DNA of 8,594 nt from Candidatus Iainarchaeum sp. (GTDB lineage Archaea; Iainarchaeota; Iainarchaeia; Iainarchaeales; CSSED10-239). The position numbers and the translations under genes were made by a program. Every line of letters begins with the position of its first letter. The stretch's first letter is position 1. The DNA lies in assembly GCA_937968065.1 (NCBI GenBank), contig CALBUD010000081.1, positions 1 through 8,594 of the forward strand, read 5' to 3'. The notes under the pieces are model-generated. The model saw nothing but the letters and a program-made list of their open reading frames with translations. It did not search any database and was not told the origin of the DNA. Shown one piece after another: positions 4,671 through 8,594 of the stretch.

Positions 4671-5054
4671 ATGGACTGGTATTTATTTTTAATATTTAGT
4701 ATTTTTTCAATAATCTTTTTATTATTTGGTTATAGTTTTAAGACCAGACTATATATTATTTTAGGTTCTCTTTTTATGATTTTAATTGGTTTTTTAACAC
4801 TATCAAATGGTATTTATTTACCTAATGGATATGATGTTTCATATGATTCTTTTTCAATAGATAAAAATATTATTGATTCTAATGTAACTGAATCTTTAGT
4901 AACTATAGATAATTTAGAATTAAATCCAAAGTTTGAACATATAGATAAAGATAGTCTTTATTCCAAATGGCTTTTTGGGTTATTATTTATGTTTGTGGGT
5001 GCTTTTGTATTATTTGATGCATTCTTTAATAATAGATTTAATAAATTTGTATAA
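4671..5054 (+). CDS. Membrane protein, 127 aa (two N-terminal and one C-terminal TM helices)
   Basis: Hydrophobic segments are WYLFLIFSIFSIIFLLFGY, LYIILGSLFMILIGFLTL and WLFGLLFMFVGAFVLF, around an acidic/polar loop. It is the first gene after the terminator and promoter-like region. I recognise no family. Confidence 0.7.
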   Translation: MDWYLFLIFSIFSIIFLLFGYSFKTRLYIILGSLFMILIGFLTLSNGIYLPNGYDVSYDSFSIDKNIIDSNVTESLVTIDNLELNPKFEHIDKDSLYSKWLFGLLFMFVGAFVLFDAFFNNRFNKFV

Positions 5055-5075
5055 AATTAAATAGGAGTTGGTTAA

Positions 5076-5579
5076 ATGCCAGACATAATGTATGATGCTC
5101 CAAGACAAACACAAATGGAGTCCGAAGAAGAAATTTTATCACGATTAATTACTCCTGAAGGTAAGACTTCATATAGAGAGGTTACAGAGTTTGACCCTGT
5201 AAGAAACAAATTTGTAAAAAAAGCAATTGATCTTGGTTCTCCTGAATTAAATCTTGCTGATTTAACCACAGCTATTTTAGTAGGTCAAAAATCTGAATTT
5301 GCTTTTGCTTGGCACACTGTCGCTTTAATTAATCAACTAGTTTTTATTGAAAGAGAATCTGGTTATGATTTATCTAATCTAATTAGATTTCATTATAACA
5401 ATTTAACCACAAATTTAAATTTATCCAAATCTGTTGATGGTGCAACAATGAAAGCATTAACAACTAAAGAATTAAAACAAATCCAAGAACATAGAATGGT
5501 TGGAGCTAATGGAGAAGCTCAAGACGAATATAAAGGTCTTGGCGACTTTATTAGAAGAAATCTTGGTGGCAAAAAATAA
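5076..5579 (+). CDS. Hypothetical protein, 167 aa
   Basis: SD AGGAG (5063-5067) lies 8 nt before the ATG. The ORF fills the space between its neighbours. No motif recognised. Confidence 0.75.
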   Translation: MPDIMYDAPRQTQMESEEEILSRLITPEGKTSYREVTEFDPVRNKFVKKAIDLGSPELNLADLTTAILVGQKSEFAFAWHTVALINQLVFIERESGYDLSNLIRFHYNNLTTNLNLSKSVDGATMKALTTKELKQIQEHRMVGANGEAQDEYKGLGDFIRRNLGGKK

Positions 5580-5594
5580 AGGAGTTGAAATTTA

Positions 5595-6584
5595 ATGAAC
5601 CCAGTTTTATTACAAGCAATATTTTTAATTATAATATTTTTCTTAAGTTTAACAATTGCATTTATGCTTAAATTTGGTGGGTATAGTTTTAGGCAATATA
5701 TCAAATCTAAATTACCAGGTTTCAAGCATAAAGGTGCTTGGTTTATTCAAGCAGGTGTAAATCAAAAAGTTAGATTAGTTTATAAAAAATTACCTGATGA
5801 CTTAAGAATAAAAATTAAATCTGGTGAAATTCCAGAAGATGACCAATATGCAACAATTAACGAAGTATTTCATCAAACAGATGACGATGGAGTTCCTGTT
5901 CTTTTTACTTTAGAAGATCTTCCTTTTACTTTCTTTTTAAAGAAACATCATTTAGATGATTTTTTTCCACAAGTAGATGAAATGATAAGTTTAATTGATG
6001 AAATTACTTATAACAAAATGTTTGATGAAGCAGAAGCTTTGAAGTTAATTATTAAAAATAAATTAACAGAAATGAAACCTTCCTTAAAATATATTCCAAA
6101 TTCCATTGCTGAACTTAATGCAATTTTTGGAATTGAAAAAAGTTTAAAATTTAAAGATAAACCTGCAATTTCTATTCTTTTAGAATTCAAAAAACATTTA
6201 TTCAAATTAAAAGAATCTATTTTAGAATCAAATAGACAGTTTGTTAATGTTCACGATCTTTTCCAAACAACAGGTTTTGTTAAAAACTTAACTAAAATTG
6301 CATTTATGGAATGGCAGAATGGTTTTTTAGCTGCAAAACAAACTAAAATGGAAAAGAAATTCAATACTTGGCTTGTTGTTATTGTAATTATAGTAGGTGT
6401 TTTAACTATAGTTGGAATTTATTTAACCAATTCTCTTAACGAAAGATTAGATGTTACTCAACAACAATTAAATCAAACACAAACAACTCTATTAGAAATT
6501 AAACAAGTATTAGGTGTAAATGTAACTGATACTACTAACACAATAGATTCTAACCTACCAGTTCCAAATAACCCATTGCAATAA
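5595..6584 (+). CDS. Bitopic membrane protein, 329 aa (N-terminal signal/anchor helix, C-terminal TM anchor, Q/T/N-rich tail)
   Basis: SD AAGGAG at 5579-5584. N-terminus MNPVLLQAIFLIIIFFLSLTIAFML. Second TM WLVVIVIIVGVLTIVGIYL near the C-terminus, followed by a coiled-coil-like segment LDVTQQQLNQTQTTLLEIKQ. No family recognised. Confidence 0.8.
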   Translation: MNPVLLQAIFLIIIFFLSLTIAFMLKFGGYSFRQYIKSKLPGFKHKGAWFIQAGVNQKVRLVYKKLPDDLRIKIKSGEIPEDDQYATINEVFHQTDDDGVPVLFTLEDLPFTFFLKKHHLDDFFPQVDEMISLIDEITYNKMFDEAEALKLIIKNKLTEMKPSLKYIPNSIAELNAIFGIEKSLKFKDKPAISILLEFKKHLFKLKESILESNRQFVNVHDLFQTTGFVKNLTKIAFMEWQNGFLAAKQTKMEKKFNTWLVVIVIIVGVLTIVGIYLTNSLNERLDVTQQQLNQTQTTLLEIKQVLGVNVTDTTNTIDSNLPVPNNPLQ

Positions 6585-6598
6585 GGAGATGAAATTAA

Positions 6599-7057
6599 AT
6601 GACTACATCAAGTCCAGGTAAAGGTGGAGAAAAGATTATCAAGTCAGTAAATGACTGGAACTATAAAACAATGGTTCTTGATAATTACAATGCTACAAAG
6701 AGTGTCTTAGTTGCAACAGCACAGAGTAAATTTGATAAGTCAATGGTGCAAAGTTGTTATTTAGCTACCTCTTCCCTTGCAAATATGATACTTCCTTTCA
6801 TTAAGACTAATAATTATAACATTACCTCTAAACCAATTAAAGAAAGAATAGATTTACTCTTAACTGAACTTGAAAATGATTATCCTGATGTTCAGACTTT
6901 CAATTTATCTGAGAGAGCAGAATACACTTTAAAATGTGGTCAAGTTATTAATTTACTTCCTCCTTTGTTCAGTTATATTGGTATGTATGTAAAGACAACT
7001 GCTAGAGGTATGTTTTTCTATCCAGATAAAGAACAAAAAGGAGATATGAATGAGTAA
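6599..7057 (+). CDS. Hypothetical protein, 152 aa
   Basis: SD AGGAG (6584-6588) lies 10 nt before the ATG. Its 3' end overlaps the next gene by 8 nt. Confidence 0.75.
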   Translation: MTTSSPGKGGEKIIKSVNDWNYKTMVLDNYNATKSVLVATAQSKFDKSMVQSCYLATSSLANMILPFIKTNNYNITSKPIKERIDLLLTELENDYPDVQTFNLSERAEYTLKCGQVINLLPPLFSYIGMYVKTTARGMFFYPDKEQKGDMNE

Positions 7058-8093
7058 TTATGAACCAAGAGTAATGCCGAGTGCAAGGTATGATTTAATT
7101 CCATATACAATTAAATTATCTCCAGAACCACAAAGGTCTTTACTTTATGAAATGTGGGCAAGACCAAGAAATAAGAACAACACCTTCTGCACTGTTACAG
7201 GAAATACCGGAAGTGGGAAGAGTTATGGTAACATTTTCTTTGGTTATATGCTTGATGTTGATAGCCACGAGAACCATTTATTTACAGAAGACGAAATAAT
7301 TTTTGACCCATTGGATTTTGTTGATAGAGTTTCAAAACCAAGAAGAATAGGTCAATTTTTTATGAAGGATGAGATTCAATTAGATGCCCATGCTAGAAAA
7401 TCTTTTTCTAAAATTAATGAAGTTCTAGGGAATGTAATGTCTACTATTAGATACAAGAGAGAAATAATTTTTTTAAATCTTCCATCAGAAACACAACTTG
7501 ATTCACAGATTAGATTATTAAGGTATGGTACTTTTGAGTTTACTGGTGTTGATCCAACTGGTTCATTTTCTAAATTTCAATTTGAATATCTAAATTATCC
7601 AAAAAAAGCAGACACAGAAGTTAGACAAGATAAAAAGGTTCAAAGAGATCCACTTGTAATGTGGGATAAAGAAGATGAAGCTTATGTTTCTCTTAAACAC
7701 TATACTGATTTATCCCTATTTTTACCATTTCATAAAAAAGACTTTGCAAAACTTCTAAAAGCTTATGATAGAAAGAAAGATGAATACTTAATGGGTAAAT
7801 ATGATAAATTCAAAAAAGAAATGAAAGAAGTTATGAATTCAGTTAATAATGATGAGAAATCATTAGAGGATATGATTGTATATGTTGATAAGCATAGAGA
7901 TCAATTTATGGGTGATAAAAAATTATCATTAGTTGCTCTGCAAAAGCATTTTAAAATTAATATTACAACTGCAAGACTTGTTAGAGCAGAGTTTCATAAT
8001 AGCTTTGCTGTTGAGAAAAAAGAAAAAAAGAAAGAAAGGTCAGCATTTATTGATGAACTTAAAAAAAGGAAAGAAATATTAAAAAATATGTAA
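7050..8093 (+). CDS. P-loop NTPase (Walker A/B), candidate packaging/assembly ATPase, with a Lys/Glu-rich C-terminal tail
   Basis: Walker A GNTGSGKS (nt 7200-7223). Walker B FFMKDE (7356-7373), followed by IQLD. A possible sensor strand is IIFLNLPS. SD GGAG at 7040-7043. No TM segment. Confidence 0.85.
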   Translation: MSNYEPRVMPSARYDLIPYTIKLSPEPQRSLLYEMWARPRNKNNTFCTVTGNTGSGKSYGNIFFGYMLDVDSHENHLFTEDEIIFDPLDFVDRVSKPRRIGQFFMKDEIQLDAHARKSFSKINEVLGNVMSTIRYKREIIFLNLPSETQLDSQIRLLRYGTFEFTGVDPTGSFSKFQFEYLNYPKKADTEVRQDKKVQRDPLVMWDKEDEAYVSLKHYTDLSLFLPFHKKDFAKLLKAYDRKKDEYLMGKYDKFKKEMKEVMNSVNNDEKSLEDMIVYVDKHRDQFMGDKKLSLVALQKHFKINITTARLVRAEFHNSFAVEKKEKKKERSAFIDELKKRKEILKNM

Positions 8094-8108
8094 TTGGAGA
8101 GTTTTAAT

Positions 8109-8453
8109 ATGGCAAAATATAGTTTCAGAATTGATAAAAATTTAGTTAAATCAAGAAAGATAGTTATAGATGCACCTAATTCTAATGTTGCAAATAATTA
8201 TTTTGTTAATCTATTACGAAAACAAGGCATAATACACAGACAAAACTATAATATGCCAAAAGATATTTTTAAAGGAACAGATAAAGAAGGAAAACCTTTT
8301 AAAAATGAATTTGTGCCTTATAAAGATAAAGAATTTGCAAAAAAGCTAAATAAAGATATTAAAAGCTATTTTAATAGAAAATATACTAATAGAAGGAGAG
8401 AATTAAAAGAAGTTCTATCTGATGGGGATTCAGGAAATTCTTTTAATATGTAG
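8109..8453 (+). CDS. Basic hypothetical protein, 114 aa
   Basis: The track start at 8094 is a TTG with no SD. GGAGAG (8096-8101) sits 7 nt before the ATG at 8109, and the initiation region is nearly identical to that of the 2386 gene. The protein is Lys/Arg-rich. Confidence 0.75.
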   Translation: MAKYSFRIDKNLVKSRKIVIDAPNSNVANNYFVNLLRKQGIIHRQNYNMPKDIFKGTDKEGKPFKNEFVPYKDKEFAKKLNKDIKSYFNRKYTNRRRELKEVLSDGDSGNSFNM

Positions 8454-8455
8454 TT

Positions 8456-8594
8456 ATGAATTTTAAAAAACTAATAATGACTGTTAAATTTTATATACAG
8501 AGATCATCTTCTTATTTATCCATAGTTAATGCTTGTATGATTATGGTTGTTATGATTAAATCACTCAATTTACCTATACAGAAATACTTACCTA
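8456..8594 (+). CDS. 5' part of a further ORF running off the window (hydrophobic segment YLSIVNACMIMVVMI)
   Basis: The ATG lies 2 nt after the upstream TAG, and the frame stays open for 46 codons to the window edge. There is no clear SD, so translation may be coupled. Confidence 0.4.
   Translation, partial: MNFKKLIMTVKFYIQRSSSYLSIVNACMIMVVMIKSLNLPIQKYLP

Noticed and set aside
5072-5269. 65-aa minus-strand ORF
   Set aside because: It is antisense to the 5' part of the SD-supported 5076-5579 gene and has no independent support.
5519-5725. 68-aa minus-strand ORF spanning the 5579/5595 gene junction
   Set aside because: It overlaps two SD-preceded + strand genes and their intergenic SD, so it is a shadow ORF.
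6008-6205. 65-aa minus-strand ORF inside the 329-aa gene
   Set aside because: It is antisense to a long, well-supported + strand ORF, with no start context.
1-8594. Integrase, att sites, terminal inverted repeats, toxin-antitoxin or known defence-system genes
   Set aside because: I looked for tyrosine/serine recombinase motifs, flanking direct repeats and typical defence ATPase/nuclease pairs, and found none in this window. The element boundaries presumably lie outside it.

Overview
Very AT-rich 8.6-kb window. Every credible gene is on the + strand, and genes are packed tightly (gaps of 2-22 nt, or ATGA/TTGA stop-start overlaps). I see no rRNA, tRNA, CRISPR array, IS element or integrase. 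The layout looks like a small virus, plasmid or integrated mobile element with four parts. (1) 1-599 is a 600-nt non-coding control region with several repeat families, most likely a replication origin. It lies directly upstream of a D5/P4-type SF3 helicase gene (615-2243). (2) 2386-3142 is a translationally coupled trio of small genes, including a double zinc-ribbon protein. (3) 3229-4572 is an accessory block bracketed by two related GC-rich hairpins. It holds a small Hjc-like nuclease-fold protein, a short A24 (TadV/FlaK-type) prepilin peptidase, and a 66-aa Flp-like prepilin that is a two-helix hydrophobic hairpin. (4) 4671 to beyond 8594 is a tightly coupled operon that may be leaderless. 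It encodes membrane proteins, ORFans and a Walker A/B NTPase, and looks like a morphogenesis or assembly module. The most interesting signal is the peptidase-plus-substrate pair carried on the element in a non-pilus-locus context. It suggests the element matures its own filament or coat subunit. The host domain cannot be decided from sequence alone. The TATA-like boxes, the Hjc-like fold and the class III-type signal peptide lean archaeal (an AT-rich methanogen-like host), but an AT-rich bacterium is not excluded. All homology statements are by-eye motif recognition, not database searches.
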